Notes: generated from the sequence alone by a model not told the origin. A stretch of 64,000 nucleotides of DNA from an uncultured Pedosphaera sp. (GCA_965214825.1 OZ243981.1:103964-167963), one strand, 5' to 3'. Positions 21,335 to 33,298 are shown, numbered from the stretch's first letter. Made by a program: numbers and translations.

Positions 21335-22133
21335 ATGAAAGCGTTGATCATCAATCTTGCCGGCGAAACCGGGCGCATGGCCTTCCAACGCAAGCAAATG
21401 GCCTCATTAAGGCTCGACTATGAGCGGATTGACGCCATCACGCCTGAAACGCTTTGTCCTGCGGCGGACGATCTGTTCTGGGCTCTCTGGGAACGGCCTT
21501 TGAGACCGGGCGAAAAAGCGTTCTTTGCCTCGCATCAAAAGGCTTGGGAGGCGGTTGTCCGGGCCGCAGCTCCCTGTTTGATTCTCGAAGACAACGCCCT
21601 CTTGTCGACCGAGACGCCGGCTTTTCTTTCCCAAGTGGAAACGTTTCAAGGGCCGGAACATCTTTCCCTGGAGGTTCGCGTCCGAAAGAAACTCGTTTCG
21701 CGAAAACATCTGATTGCCGGCGGCGCTACCTCCCGCCCTGCCCCTGTCCGAAGGCTTTATCAGGACCGCCCTGGATCTGCCGCTTACATTCTTTGGCCTT
21801 CTGGAGCATGCAAACTTCTAAAGCGCAGCCGCCGGCATCCCGGTTTGTCCGACGCGGCGATCACCGCCGCATGAAATGGCTTCTTTCCAGGCTGACCCGG
21901 CATTGGCCATTCAGCTCGATCAATGCGCCGCTTATGGCATTAGGCAGACTCTGGAAACCTGTTCCAGCTTGAGCAGCAGCCCTATCCCTGCCGCTGCCGA
22001 TTTTCCCTTCCGGCAGCATTGGGTTTTCCGAAGCCAGCGGCTTGCAGCGCAGCTCTGCATGGGTTGGAGAAGGCTTCGCTGCATCCCGTCCGCCGTTTGG
22101 CGGCATATCCCGCCAACTCGTGCATGGCCGTGA
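21335..22133 (+). pseudogene. Glycosyltransferase family 25, split by a frameshift at about 21872
   Basis: MKALIINL..RM..Q, SHQKAW and LILEDN motifs; the C-terminal part (SFQADPALAIQLD) continues in ORF 21876..22133. Confidence 0.72.
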
Positions 22134-22499
22134 AGCCGTGGGCATCTTCTGGGTTGTTTTGCAAGGAAGGCGGCAAATGTCGGCGGTGAAGCTGGTTTTG
22201 CCTGGCCATTTTTCAGTAGCTGGCGGTTTCAGGAGAAGGCTTCAATTCCCGGAAGGCATCACACCTTTTTCCATCCGCTCGGCATCCGCCAACTCGTGCG
22301 CTCGTCCGCTGGCGCGTTTGTTGCGAATCAAAGGAGGCGCCGTTTCATCGCTCAAGCGCCTTTTCTCCGCTATCTTCTCCATCGTCCACTCAGTCTATTT
22401 CGATTCCGCCCGAAAGGCAAACGCCGTTGGCTCCGCTCGATCCACGCGGACGGCGTCTCGACGCCGCGCCGGCTCTCGGCTAGGCTGGCTGTTGCTGAT

Positions 22500-22802
22500 A
22501 TGAACCCGCGGAAAGATTTGCCGCCGAAGGCTGCCGCTGAGCATCCCTTGGAGTGCAAGGCTCGGCTCTGCAAAATGCTGGCGCTTCTCTGGAGTTTTCC
22601 CTCTCTTGGCAGCGTCGCCATCCTGGTGTCCAACGAGCGGGTGGGACTGATCGAGACGGCGGATGATGCGGGCGGCGTTCCGATTCGGATTGAAGTTCTG
22701 GTCGCCGTCGCGCTTCTCTTGGCGCACGGCTGCCTGGCTATCCTAGCTCGCTATTTTGACCGGTTGAATCGAAACCGGAAACAGGCTAGTTTGGAGGCAT
22801 AA
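22500..22802 (+). CDS. Hypothetical small membrane protein
   Basis: Two hydrophobic segments; ends 16 bp before the next gene. Confidence 0.4.
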   Translation: MNPRKDLPPKAAAEHPLECKARLCKMLALLWSFPSLGSVAILVSNERVGLIETADDAGGVPIRIEVLVAVALLLAHGCLAILARYFDRLNRNRKQASLEA

Positions 22803-22818
22803 CGACTGCGATCCGGAC

Positions 22819-23064
22819 ATGCCCATTTACGAATACGAACTGGAGGAAGGGGACTGCAAAGTTTGCGGCGGCGAGTTCACGCTTCGCCGGCCTTTGTCCG
22901 CCCCGCCGTTGGTCCATTGTCCCTTGTGCAAACGCCCCGTCAAGAAGCGGATTTCTAACTTCCATTCCCCCATCAAGCTCAAACCGCTCTCCATCTCCGA
23001 CGCGAAAAATGCCGGCTTCACCATCTTGAAGAAAGTCAGCAAAGGCGAATACGAGAAACAGTAG
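22819..23064 (+). CDS. FmdB-family zinc ribbon protein
   Basis: MPIYEY, CxxC...CPxC motif. Confidence 0.85.
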   Translation: MPIYEYELEEGDCKVCGGEFTLRRPLSAPPLVHCPLCKRPVKKRISNFHSPIKLKPLSISDAKNAGFTILKKVSKGEYEKQ

Positions 23065-23174
23065 CCAGCCGGATTGAAAAACCCTCGCCCACAAACCGCG
23101 GCGATGAAAATGCGCCCGCTGCCTGCCGAAGCCGTCTTGACTTGCCGGCAGAAATTCTTCTATTAGACCCCCCC

Positions 23175-25013
23175 ATGAGCGACACGGAAAAACATGCCTT
23201 TCAAGCGGAAATCCGGCAACTGCTGGACATCGTGATTCATTCTCTCTACACCGACAAAGAGATTTTCATCCGCGAGCTGATTTCCAACGCTGCGGATGCC
23301 TGCGAGAAATACCGATTCCTGCAAAGCTCAGGCGCGGAAGTCTGTGAACCCGATGTCGCGCCCAAAATCTCGATCGCCACTGACGACATTGCCAAAACCA
23401 TCGCCATCACAGACACCGGCATCGGAATGACCCGCGCCGAGCTAGTGGAAAACCTCGGCACCATCGCCCATTCCGGCTCAAAAGCCTTTCTCCAGCAAAT
23501 CTCGCAACAAAAAGAAAAACCAGACGCCAGTCTCATCGGGCAATTCGGCGTCGGATTCTACAGCGCCTTCATGGTGGCCGAAGAAGTCCGAGTCCTCACG
23601 CGCTCCTACCGGCCGGACACCCCCGGCTATTCCTGGACATCTGACGGACAAGGTGGATATGAAATTACCAGCGCACCGGATTGGAACCGCGGCACGCGCG
23701 TCCTGATCAAACTCAAAGACGACGATAAAAACTTCGCTCAAGCCTCGCGCGTCGAATCCATCATCAAACGCTACTCAAACTTCGTCCCCTTTCCCATCGA
23801 ACTCAACGGCCAAAGCGTCAACACCATCTCCGCCATCTGGGCACGGCGCCAAAGCGAAATCCAGGACAGCGAATACAAAGAATTTTACCAATTCATCGGC
23901 CACGACCAGGAAGCCCCCCTGGGCCGCCTCCATTTCTCCGCCGACGCGCCGCTCGCTATCCAGGCGCTTCTCTTTGTCCCCGCCAAAAACATCGAAAACA
24001 TTGGGCTGGGCCGCAGCGAATCGGAAGTCAACCTCTATTGCCGAAAAATCCTCATCGAACCCAAAGCTGAAAAACTCTTTCCCGACTGGCTGCGCTTCCT
24101 CAAGGGCGTCGTCGACAGCGAGGACCTGCCACTGAACATTTCCCGTGAATCGATGCAGGACAGCGCGCTCATGCAAAAACTCAACAAAGTCCTCACCGTT
24201 CGCTTCCTCAAATATCTCAACGAACTCAGCAAAAAGAACGCCGGCCAGTTCAATAAAATATACGACGTATACCAGCGCTTCTTAAAAGAAGGCGTCATCG
24301 CCGACTCTACCCATCGGGACGCCCTCGGCAAACTGCTTCGCTATGAAACTTCCACCCTGACCAAAGGAGAAACAACTTCCCTCTCTGATTACGTCAAACG
24401 AATGGCCGACAATCAAAAAGAAATTTACTATCTCTTCGCCCCTTCCCGCGAAACTGCTGAAAACAGCCCCTACTACGAAGCCTTCCAAGCGAAAAGTATA
24501 GAAACACTCTTCCTCTATGATCCGTGGGATGAAATGGTGATGGAACACTTGCACCGTTTCGAAGAAAGAAACCTCTGTCCTGCCGAGCGAGCCGAGATCA
24601 AAATCACCGCGGCGGAGGGCGAAACGCTGACAAAAGAACAAATAGAAGACCTCGGGAAATGGTTGCAAAAAAACCTCGGAGAACAAGTAGACCGAGTCAA
24701 AGCATCCGAACGGCTCGTCAACAGCCCCGCCGCCATCGTCAATGCTGACAAAACTATAACCGCCAACATGCGCCGCCTGATGAAAGCTCTCAACCAGGAA
24801 CCCGGCGCTCCCAAATACGATCTCGAAATCAATCCCCACCACAAAGTGATCCAAAACCTTTACGCAGCCAAATCCACCAACGAAGAACTTGCCAAAGCCG
24901 CTGCCGTCCAACTCTTCGACAATGCTCGCATGGCCGCCGGCGTTGTGGAAGATCCCCGCGAATTGGTCAACCGATTGAACTCCCTCCTCGAAAAACTCCT
25001 CGACGCCCAATAG
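23175..25013 (+). CDS. htpG: Chaperone HtpG (Hsp90)
   Basis: EIFIRELISNAADA, NLGTIAHSG, IGQFGVGFYSAF and DLPLNISRE motifs. Confidence 0.97.
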   Translation: MSDTEKHAFQAEIRQLLDIVIHSLYTDKEIFIRELISNAADACEKYRFLQSSGAEVCEPDVAPKISIATDDIAKTIAITDTGIGMTRAELVENLGTIAHSGSKAFLQQISQQKEKPDASLIGQFGVGFYSAFMVAEEVRVLTRSYRPDTPGYSWTSDGQGGYEITSAPDWNRGTRVLIKLKDDDKNFAQASRVESIIKRYSNFVPFPIELNGQSVNTISAIWARRQSEIQDSEYKEFYQFIGHDQEAPLGRLHFSADAPLAIQALLFVPAKNIENIGLGRSESEVNLYCRKILIEPKAEKLFPDWLRFLKGVVDSEDLPLNISRESMQDSALMQKLNKVLTVRFLKYLNELSKKNAGQFNKIYDVYQRFLKEGVIADSTHRDALGKLLRYETSTLTKGETTSLSDYVKRMADNQKEIYYLFAPSRETAENSPYYEAFQAKSIETLFLYDPWDEMVMEHLHRFEERNLCPAERAEIKITAAEGETLTKEQIEDLGKWLQKNLGEQVDRVKASERLVNSPAAIVNADKTITANMRRLMKALNQEPGAPKYDLEINPHHKVIQNLYAAKSTNEELAKAAAVQLFDNARMAAGVVEDPRELVNRLNSLLEKLLDAQ

Positions 25014-25045
25014 CCCTTCAAAAATCGGCAATGATTTATCGAACA

Positions 25046-26321
25046 CTACAAGTTATCCAGCGGCGGGTGGATTCTTATAGCTGGGCCGCGTCGGATTAGT
25101 AGCTGTGCGGCGTGAAGGAGACAGGAATCCATACGTCTTGGATTTGGGCAGTTGCTCCAGCTTTTAAAGAACTCGCTACTTGTAATCTTGCCCGGCCAAT
25201 CAAGATCGACTTCGATGTAGATATGTGAACTGGAGGACCCCGGCTTTACGACGACAGCGCCGAGTTGTTGAAGGCGAGTGCTATCGCGCAGGATCGCCGC
25301 ATCGACATGTTTGCGAGATGCGCAGTATTTCACAACCTCCATGATAAGCTGCCGCAGTTCGGCTTGGCTGTCTTTTTCCAAGAGATGATTGAGAAGCATG
25401 ATCTGGCACTTGACGATCACCCGCTTGCGCGTGCTTTCTAATCGCGTGAACAAATCGTTCATAAGATTACGGAACAATTCCTTCTGTACCTCCTTCCGCA
25501 ATAGCCCTGTCAACCGTGAAACTTCCTTGGCGATCCCTTTCAAAGCAAAGTTCAGGAACGGGGTCAGGTCGTGGTTGTGTCTCCGCACATGGGACAACGC
25601 GGCCAAGTAATCATCCTTATTGTCGTAGTAGTAATTCGACATCGGAATGAACAGCATTGTCCTTGAGACCAACACGTTGAAGCATCAACACCTCCAGCAC
25701 TCGGGCCGTTCGCCCGTTTCCGTCTTTAAACGGGCGCATTGCCGCGAAGTGATAATGGAGGGCCAACGCTTGAATGAGTGGATCGTGTTTCCGGAATGCG
25801 GCGGCCGCCTCACGGGTCAGACGTTCCAGAGCCTCCGCGCACGGGTTGCCTCCCTCGACTCCACGATGTCTCGGCATCCCAAAGGTAACGTTTTACCCCC
25901 TCTTTCTGGGTATCCCGGAACCGCAGTGATCGTCATCACAACCGAAGACGATCGAGCGATGGATTTCCCGAATCAAATCTACGGCGATTGGACGGCCTTC
26001 GGGTATGTTTGCGATTTTTCGATAAGTTCGCACAGCTGCGTTCGCCTGCCGCTGTGACCGCGTCACGAGTTGTTCCGGTGTTTCGGCCTGAAGTGCCACT
26101 TCCAATTCGTTCGCGGCGAAATCCGCCCCCTCAATCCGCGACGTTCCCGCGACTTCCATCTTGAGGCGGACAGCCTGGAGTTCGACAGCCCATCGCCATT
26201 GAAACGGAATGGCTTGCAATGCCAGGATTGCCGCTTTGGCGTCCATAAGCTGCGGCGACACGGCGTCATAGTCATACTGGATCCATGCCACTGGCGTCGT
26301 GTATTGGATAACTTCTGACAT
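25046..26321 (-). pseudogene. Fic-domain protein, broken into three frames
   Basis: Fragments 25893..26321 (TSRIEG), 25617..25877 (RPFKDGNGRTAR, Fic motif with His replaced by Arg) and 25046..25675. Confidence 0.8.
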
Positions 26322-26526
26322 GTCCTTATTGTATCTGTTTGCAAATTTTCTCGTAAAAATCTACGCTCCGATACTGCCGCATCCGTTGTACGTGGAATGG
26401 CCTCGGGCCCAAGTGTGCGACACGCAATGGATCGGGGTCGAGTCCGAATTGTGGCGGGTCAAGGCAGCGGTTTGGATTGTTCTCTGCCGGGGTGTCGGGT
26501 AGGGTTTTGGCGTTTTGAGGTTTGTT

Positions 26527-27786
26527 ATGAGAGTGTGGCAGATGTTGTTTGTTTGTGTTGCGGCTTTGGGTGTTTGGGCTGAATCGATTGAGGATCGTTA
26601 TTGGCCTAAGTGGCGCGGGCCGGTGGATTCTGGCAGCAATCCGGCTGGACGCTACGCTGTCCAGTGGACGGAGGATTCCAATTTGAAGTGGAAGTTGGCG
26701 TTGCCGGGCAAAGGTTGTTCCACGCCGATTGTTCTGGGAGGGCGAATATTCGTTACGGCGCCGGTAAAAGGCGAGGACGCGGTTCTCAATGTGAGTTGGG
26801 AGGGCAAGGTTTCCTGGCAGGCGGCGGTGGGGCCGGCACGCGAGGGTAAACATCACAATGGGTCGGGCGCCAATCCTTCGCCGGCGACGGATGGGAAAGG
26901 CGTTTATGTCTATTTCAAGAGCGGCAATCTTGCCGGGCTGGATATTGCGGGGAATGTGAAGTGGCGGACGAATTTGCAGCAGCGATTTGGGAGGGATTCG
27001 CTTTATTGGGACATCGGCACTTCGCCTGTGTTGACGGAGCGTTTTGTGGTTGTGGCTGTGATGCATGATCGGGAGGGGTATCTCGCGGCGTTTGAAAAGG
27101 CGACGGGGGAGTTGGCTTGGAAAGTGGATCGAACCTATACGACGCCGATGGAAGGGGATCATAGTTACGCGACGCCTTTGACAATCGAACACCAAGGGCG
27201 CGAGGCTTTGGTGGTTTGGGGAGCGGAGAGGTTAACGGCGCATGATTCGGCGAATGGCAGGGTGCTTTGGTCTTGCGCCGGGTTCAACCGGAATCAGGAG
27301 GCGAATTGGGTAGCGGTGGCATCGCCGGTAGTGGTGGGGAATGTGGCGGTAGTGCCTTACGGCCGCGGGGCTAAGCTCGCCGGGATTCGGTTGGGCGGAG
27401 CGGGCGATGTGACGAGAACGCATCGGCTTTGGGAGCTTGATGGCGCGGGTTCGTTTGTGCCGACGCCGGCGGTGGTTGGTGGTTTGGTTTATGTTCTGCG
27501 GGATCGTGGGGAAGTTGTTGCTGTGGCGCCTGCAACAGGGAAAGTGGTTTGGAAAGGACAACTGCCGAAGCACCGGGCAAGCTATTATGCTTCTCCAGCG
27601 GTGGCGGATTCCAAGCTGTATGCGGCTCGCGAGGATGGTGTGGTTTTGGTTGCCGCGCTGAAAGCCGGTCTGCCTGTTTTGGCCGAAAACGATTTGGGAG
27701 AGCGGGTCATTGCCTCGCCGGTTCCTGTTGACGGCTGCCTTCTTTTGCGCGGGGAAAAGCATTTGTTTTGCGTGAAGGGCGGCTGA
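26527..27786 (+). CDS. PQQ-like beta-propeller repeat protein, exported
   Basis: Signal peptide, WPKWRGP, repeated SP/TP..TG..W blades. Confidence 0.88.
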   Translation: MRVWQMLFVCVAALGVWAESIEDRYWPKWRGPVDSGSNPAGRYAVQWTEDSNLKWKLALPGKGCSTPIVLGGRIFVTAPVKGEDAVLNVSWEGKVSWQAAVGPAREGKHHNGSGANPSPATDGKGVYVYFKSGNLAGLDIAGNVKWRTNLQQRFGRDSLYWDIGTSPVLTERFVVVAVMHDREGYLAAFEKATGELAWKVDRTYTTPMEGDHSYATPLTIEHQGREALVVWGAERLTAHDSANGRVLWSCAGFNRNQEANWVAVASPVVVGNVAVVPYGRGAKLAGIRLGGAGDVTRTHRLWELDGAGSFVPTPAVVGGLVYVLRDRGEVVAVAPATGKVVWKGQLPKHRASYYASPAVADSKLYAAREDGVVLVAALKAGLPVLAENDLGERVIASPVPVDGCLLLRGEKHLFCVKGG

Positions 27787-27823
27787 GGGCGGCGGATTGG
27801 TTTGGGGCTGTGCGCGGGGAGGG

Positions 27824-28960
27824 TTATTTCTGCGGGTTTTCGTACCAAGCCACGTTTTTGGAAGCGCGTCCGGCGATGATGAGGTCGAGGTCGCCGTCGC
27901 CGTCCATGTCGAGGGCGCGGATGTCGTAGGCTTCCTGGTTGGCGGCGACTCGGTGGTTAGTGAAGGATCCGCGGCCGTTGTTTTCAAACCACCAAGCTTC
28001 TTTGGAGCCGAAAGCGCAGGTGGCGGCGTCGGTGTCGCCGTCGCCGTCCATGTCGAGGGCGATTAAGGCATGGGGTTCTTTGAGGGAGGGGTGGATGCCG
28101 TGCAGTTCCCAGCCGGGGGCTTCGAACCAGAGAACACCTTTGCCGTGTCCGCGGCTGGCGATGAAATCGGTTTGGCCGTCGCCGTTGACATCGCGGGGGT
28201 GAATGTTGGTGGCGCCGATTTGGCCGTCGGCAATGAGGTGTTTTGTCCAGGCGGCGGTTGGGTCTTCCGGCGCTTCCCACCAGGCGAAGTAGTCTCCTGC
28301 AGGTGAGGGGCGGCCTTTGGCGGCGGTGGCGATGTCGGGGCGCCCGTCGCCATTGACATCGCCAAAGCCCAGGTAGTGGGTGAGTCCGGGGGCGTCGTTT
28401 TTGGCAAAGATATGCGGCGGCCAGGAATCGGCGGTTTGGGGGTTTTGGGGAACGGAGAACCAGGCGAGGGATTCCGGGTGGGGGGTGTTGGCGGCTTGGG
28501 CGCTGTTGGCGATGAGATCGGGTTTTCCGTCTTGGTCGATGTCGCCTTGGAGCAGGCCGTGGATGCCGTTGAGTTCTCTACTGACAATTCGCAGGGGCCA
28601 AGGTTCGGTGGCGGGTTGGGCGGGCTGCTCCAGCCACACGAGGAGGCCGGGTTGGTAGCGGGCGCCGAGGTAGTCCAGATCGCCGTCGCCGTCCACATCG
28701 AAGGTTTCGCTGTGAATGAAGTTGTGGCCTTCGGTTTCGTCGAGGATGATTTCCTCCCAATCTGGGGCGGCGAAGAGCCGGGTTTTCCCGCCGCTGTTAG
28801 CGATGATGTCAGGCCGGCCGTCTTTGGTGAAGTCTCCGGCAAGGGCGGTGTTGGTGTGCAATCCGGCGTGGACTTCGTGTTTTTTCCAATCCGCGGGAAG
28901 GTTCAGCTGCGCCCATGGCGCTAGGGCGGCGGCACTGAGCAGCAGGCTTTTCGAACGCAT
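27824..28960 (-). CDS. FG-GAP/VCBS repeat protein
   Basis: Multiple DxDGDGxxD calcium-binding motifs; signal-like N-terminus. Start uncertain (ORF open from 29068). Confidence 0.85.
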   Translation of the reverse strand: MRSKSLLLSAAALAPWAQLNLPADWKKHEVHAGLHTNTALAGDFTKDGRPDIIANSGGKTRLFAAPDWEEIILDETEGHNFIHSETFDVDGDGDLDYLGARYQPGLLVWLEQPAQPATEPWPLRIVSRELNGIHGLLQGDIDQDGKPDLIANSAQAANTPHPESLAWFSVPQNPQTADSWPPHIFAKNDAPGLTHYLGFGDVNGDGRPDIATAAKGRPSPAGDYFAWWEAPEDPTAAWTKHLIADGQIGATNIHPRDVNGDGQTDFIASRGHGKGVLWFEAPGWELHGIHPSLKEPHALIALDMDGDGDTDAATCAFGSKEAWWFENNGRGSFTNHRVAANQEAYDIRALDMDGDGDLDLIIAGRASKNVAWYENPQK

Positions 28961-29116
28961 AAACCGCAACCGCGGCGTGATGGATTTCATGCTGGAGTTC
29001 ATGCGCTCAGAAAGCCCTTTTTCCCGGTATTGGTCAATGGAGAAAATGGATGCCGACAGCGCGGGCAATCCGTGCTTGACGCGCTAGGGGCGCTTGGTTA
29101 GTTTCTCTCTCCGTCG

Positions 29117-29761
29117 ATGGCGAACAAACCCGCAAGCAATTATCTCGTTCCGATGGTGGTCGAAGAGACCGGTCGGGGCGAACGCGTTCACGACATCTAC
29201 TCGCGGCTGCTGAAGGACCGGATTATTTTCCTGGGTACACCGATTGACGATCCAGTCGCCAACGTGGTCATCGCCCAACTGCTCTTTTTGCAAATGGCCG
29301 ACCCTAAAAAGGACATCCACTTGTATATCAACTCACCTGGAGGCTACGTTACCGCCGGCTTGGCGATTTACGACACGATGCAGTTCCTGACTTGCGATGT
29401 GAACACCTACTGCATCGGCCAGGCAATGAGTGCAGGCGCCATGCTCCTGTGCGCGGGCGCCAAAGGCAAACGCTTTGCCCTGCCCAACGCCAGCATCATG
29501 ATCCATCAATCCCAAGGCGGCGGCAGAGGCCAAGCCAGCGACATCGAAATCCAAGTCAAATACCTGATTCGGATGAACGCCCGGACGAACGAAATCTTCT
29601 CCCGCCACACCGGGAAAAGCGTTGCCCAAGTCGAGGCGGATTGCGACCGCGACAATTACATGACCGCGCAAGAATCTAAGGAATACGGCCTGGTGGATGA
29701 TGTCGTCAAATCCCGCAAAGAGATTGCGAGTTTGGAAGAAGCCTCCAGCAAAGACGCCTGA
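29117..29761 (+). CDS. clpP: ATP-dependent Clp protease proteolytic subunit
   Basis: [22 protein letters not shown] and IMIHQ motifs. Confidence 0.97.
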   Translation: MANKPASNYLVPMVVEETGRGERVHDIYSRLLKDRIIFLGTPIDDPVANVVIAQLLFLQMADPKKDIHLYINSPGGYVTAGLAIYDTMQFLTCDVNTYCIGQAMSAGAMLLCAGAKGKRFALPNASIMIHQSQGGGRGQASDIEIQVKYLIRMNARTNEIFSRHTGKSVAQVEADCDRDNYMTAQESKEYGLVDDVVKSRKEIASLEEASSKDA

Positions 29762-29762
29762 G

Positions 29763-31049
29763 ATGTCCCGGGACAAGCCACTCCCCCGCTGCAGCTTTTG
29801 CGGCAAATCGCGCGCCGAAGTCCGCAAACTCATCGCCGGTCCACAGGTCTACATCTGCGACAGCTGCGTGGTCGTCTGCAAAAGCGTTCTGGACAAGGAA
29901 AGCAGCCCGGACAACCGGAAAGCCAAAGCCAGCCTCCATCTCCGCCGGCCTGCGGAGATCAAAAAGATTCTGGATGAATTTTGCATCGGCCAAGACAGCA
30001 CCAAGAAGACCCTGGCCGTTGCCGTGCATAATCATTACAAGCGCCTGCAATTGGAGCCGTCCAACGGCGCGCCCCGGCCGGGTGGAGAGAACTCCGCCTG
30101 GGACGATGTGCAAATCGAGAAGAGCAACATCCTGACTATGGGGCCGACCGGTTCCGGGAAGACCCTTCTCGCCAGCACCCTCGCCAAATCCCTCGACGTG
30201 CCTTTCGCCATTGTGGATGCTACGGCAATTACCGAGGCCGGCTACGTGGGCGAGGATGTCGAAAACATCATCCTGCGCCTTTTGCAAAACGCCAATTACG
30301 ACGTCAAACGGGCGGAAATGGGCATTATCTACATCGACGAAATCGACAAAATCGCCAAAACCACAGAAAACATTTCCATCACGCGGGACGTCTCCGGGGA
30401 AGGCGTCCAGCAAGCCCTGTTAAAGATCATCGAAGGCACAGTGTGCAATGTGCCGCCCCAAGGCGGGCGGAAGCATCCCCAGCAAGAATATATCCGCATT
30501 GACACCACCAACATCCTATTCGTCTGCGGCGGCACCTTCGTCGGCCTCGACAAAATTATCCAACGCCGCCTGGGCCGCCAACTAATCGGATTTGGATGGA
30601 GTCAGGACAACGAAACCACCCTCGCCCTGAAAAAACATCAGTCCCTGCAGCACGTGGAGCCGGAAGACCTCGTCGCCTACGGATTCATCCCGGAGTTCAT
30701 CGGCCGACTGCCCATGGTCACCGTTCTCGAAGAACTCAACGAAACCCAGCTAATCTCCGTCCTGAAAAGCGCCAAAAACTCCCTGGTGAAGCAATACACC
30801 AAACTCTTCGCCTACGAAGGAGTCGCCCTTGAATTCACCGATGACGCCCTCCTCGGCCTGGCGAAGAAAGCGATTGAAAAAGGCACTGGCGCGCGCGCGC
30901 TTCGGGGAATGCTCGAAAAACTGATGCTGGACATCATGTACGACATCCCCGCTCGCAAAGATATCAAAGGCATCAAACTGACCCGCCAGTTCGTCGATGG
31001 CCTTGCCGAACCCGAATTCCTTCTCAAGCCCGGCCAGGCGGCGGCGTAA
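29763..31049 (+). CDS. clpX: Clp protease ATP-binding subunit
   Basis: CSFCGK zinc-binding domain, [22 protein letters not shown]. Confidence 0.97.
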   Translation: MSRDKPLPRCSFCGKSRAEVRKLIAGPQVYICDSCVVVCKSVLDKESSPDNRKAKASLHLRRPAEIKKILDEFCIGQDSTKKTLAVAVHNHYKRLQLEPSNGAPRPGGENSAWDDVQIEKSNILTMGPTGSGKTLLASTLAKSLDVPFAIVDATAITEAGYVGEDVENIILRLLQNANYDVKRAEMGIIYIDEIDKIAKTTENISITRDVSGEGVQQALLKIIEGTVCNVPPQGGRKHPQQEYIRIDTTNILFVCGGTFVGLDKIIQRRLGRQLIGFGWSQDNETTLALKKHQSLQHVEPEDLVAYGFIPEFIGRLPMVTVLEELNETQLISVLKSAKNSLVKQYTKLFAYEGVALEFTDDALLGLAKKAIEKGTGARALRGMLEKLMLDIMYDIPARKDIKGIKLTRQFVDGLAEPEFLLKPGQAAA

Positions 31050-31133
31050 GCCCTCTTCTAGCCTTGCCTTCCCGCGCCCCGCCGGCAGTGAAACCCCAAG
31101 TCCCGGATTCGATTCCGAACAGAAGCCAATGTA

Positions 31134-32294
31134 ATGAACGCCGTTGCCGAACACATCACCCAAATCCCTCGCTCCGGGATTCGCGCTTACTTTGACCTCG
31201 TCCAGAACATGGACGAAGTCGTCTCACTAGGCGTCGGTGAGCCGGATTTCGCCGCGCCTTGGCACATTCGGGAGGCGGCGATTTATGCGCTTGAACAGGG
31301 GCGCACTTCCTACACTTCCAACTTGGGAATGCCCCGGCTCCGGCGGGCTGTGGCGGATTATGTGGCGAAAAAGTTCCAAATTGCTTATCACCCCGACCGG
31401 CAGATACTCATAACAGCAGGCGTCAGCGAAGCCCTCGACCTCGCTCTGCGGGCGCTGGTCAATCCCGGTGACGAAGTCCTCTACCACGAGCCTTGTTATG
31501 TGAGTTACCAGCCCGGCATTGCCATGGCCCACGGCGTCCCCAAACCGATTGCCTGCCGGCAGGAAGACGGTTTCGCGCTGTCGCCGGAGGCGGTTCGCGC
31601 GGCGATTACGCCCCGGAGCAAAGTTCTGATTTTGAACTTCCCCACCAATCCTACGGGCGGGACTTTGGCGCGGGCTCCATTGGAAGCCGTTGCCGCCATT
31701 GTCCGGCAAAATAATCTCGCTGTCATTGCGGACGAAATCTACGCGGAACTCACTTACGAGGGGCGGCACCTCTCGATCGCCGCGCTGCCCGGTATGCAAG
31801 AGCGGACGGTGTTCCTTCATGGTCTCTCCAAAACATTTGCCATGACTGGGTTCCGCATCGGCTATGCCTGCGGGCCGGCGCCGATTGTCGAAGCCATGCT
31901 GCGCATTCACCAATACGCCATGCTCTGCGCCAGCATCGTCAGCCAGGAAGCCGCGATTGAGGCCTTGACCCACGGCGAATCCGCCGCCCGGGAAATGCGC
32001 GATCAATATCGGTTGCGGCGCGATTTTGTCGTCCGTTCCTTCAATTATATGGGGCTGGAATGCTGTTTGCCGCTCGGTTCGTTTTACGCCTTCCCCTCCG
32101 TCAAGGGAACTGGCCAAGGCTCGAAAGACTTTGCGCTGGGCCTCCTCCGCCGGGAAAGAGTTGCCTGCGTGCCGGGCGATGTCTTTGGCCGCTCCGGGGA
32201 GGGGCACATCCGGTGCTGTTTTGCCACAAGTTTTGAAAAGCTCGAAACCGCCGTGGAACGCCTGAAACGCTACGTCGAAACCGCGCGCCCTTAG
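31134..32294 (+). CDS. PLP-dependent aminotransferase class I/II
   Basis: LGVGEPDF, NFPTNPTG, DEIY and SKTFAMTGFRIG motifs. Confidence 0.93.
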   Translation: MNAVAEHITQIPRSGIRAYFDLVQNMDEVVSLGVGEPDFAAPWHIREAAIYALEQGRTSYTSNLGMPRLRRAVADYVAKKFQIAYHPDRQILITAGVSEALDLALRALVNPGDEVLYHEPCYVSYQPGIAMAHGVPKPIACRQEDGFALSPEAVRAAITPRSKVLILNFPTNPTGGTLARAPLEAVAAIVRQNNLAVIADEIYAELTYEGRHLSIAALPGMQERTVFLHGLSKTFAMTGFRIGYACGPAPIVEAMLRIHQYAMLCASIVSQEAAIEALTHGESAAREMRDQYRLRRDFVVRSFNYMGLECCLPLGSFYAFPSVKGTGQGSKDFALGLLRRERVACVPGDVFGRSGEGHIRCCFATSFEKLETAVERLKRYVETARP

Positions 32295-32320
32295 CGGCGT
32301 TTCCCTTCCGCCGGCGAGGG

Positions 32321-33298
32321 CTACCGTTGGAACGCTTCGCCGATGATGTCTTCAATCGGCGTCTCTTCGATATTGATGTCCGTAACGGGCAATTGATCCA
32401 GCAACTGTTTGCAGGCGGGGACGAGCTGATTCCGAGGCACTTTGAGCTGCACACGGGCGGCTTCGAGTTCGACCACCTCGCCAAAGCCGGAAAACCAGGC
32501 CGCCTCCTGCGCCGGCTTGCCGTTCCACTGGATCGTTACGAGTTTGTGATCCGCGAAGCGATCGACCACTTCCGAAAGCTCCCCGTCAAAGGTGATCCGG
32601 CCGCAGTCGATGATAATCACCCGTTCGCACAAGGCCTGAACATCCGCCATGTAGTGGCTGGTCAACATCATTGTCGTGCCGCGCCGCAAGTTGTAATCGC
32701 CGAGAAATTCGCGAACCGTTTTTTGGGAGATTACATCCAGGCCAATGGTGGGTTCATCGAGCAAGAGGAGCTTCGGATGATGGAGCAAAGAAGCGATCAG
32801 CTCAAACTTCATCCGCTCGCCCAGCGACAGCTCTCGAACCATCACCCGCAACTTGGAGCCCACATCCAGAAGGCTGGCAAGTTGATCAACAGTGCGCTCA
32901 AAATCGCTCTTCTCCAGTCCGTAAATTTTGGCGTTGAGCTGCAAGGATTCAAAGGCGGGAAGGTCCCACCAAAGTTGGTTCTTCTGGCCAAGGAGCAAAG
33001 CGAATTGGCGGCGGTATCCGTCCCGGCGCTCCCAGGGGATGTAGCCCATCACTCGCGCCGAACCGCTTGTCGGGTACAGCAGCCCCGAAAGCATTTTTAA
33101 CGTGGTTGTTTTTCCGGCGCCGTTGGGCCCCAAGAACCCTACCGATTCGCCCGGCTCAATCGTGAAACTCACGGCGTCCACCGCTTTCGACTCCTCATAC
33201 TGTCGCCGCACCAAGCCCTTGAGCGACCCCCAAAAACCGGGAGCTTTTTTGAAGATTCGGTAAGACTTCGAGAGACGGTCAACTTGAATCAAGGGCAT
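32321..33298 (-). CDS. ABC-2 type transporter ATP-binding protein
   Basis: GPNGAGKTT, LSLGERMK and LDEPTIGLD motifs. Confidence 0.92.
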   Translation of the reverse strand: MPLIQVDRLSKSYRIFKKAPGFWGSLKGLVRRQYEESKAVDAVSFTIEPGESVGFLGPNGAGKTTTLKMLSGLLYPTSGSARVMGYIPWERRDGYRRQFALLLGQKNQLWWDLPAFESLQLNAKIYGLEKSDFERTVDQLASLLDVGSKLRVMVRELSLGERMKFELIASLLHHPKLLLLDEPTIGLDVISQKTVREFLGDYNLRRGTTMMLTSHYMADVQALCERVIIIDCGRITFDGELSEVVDRFADHKLVTIQWNGKPAQEAAWFSGFGEVVELEAARVQLKVPRNQLVPACKQLLDQLPVTDINIEETPIEDIIGEAFQR

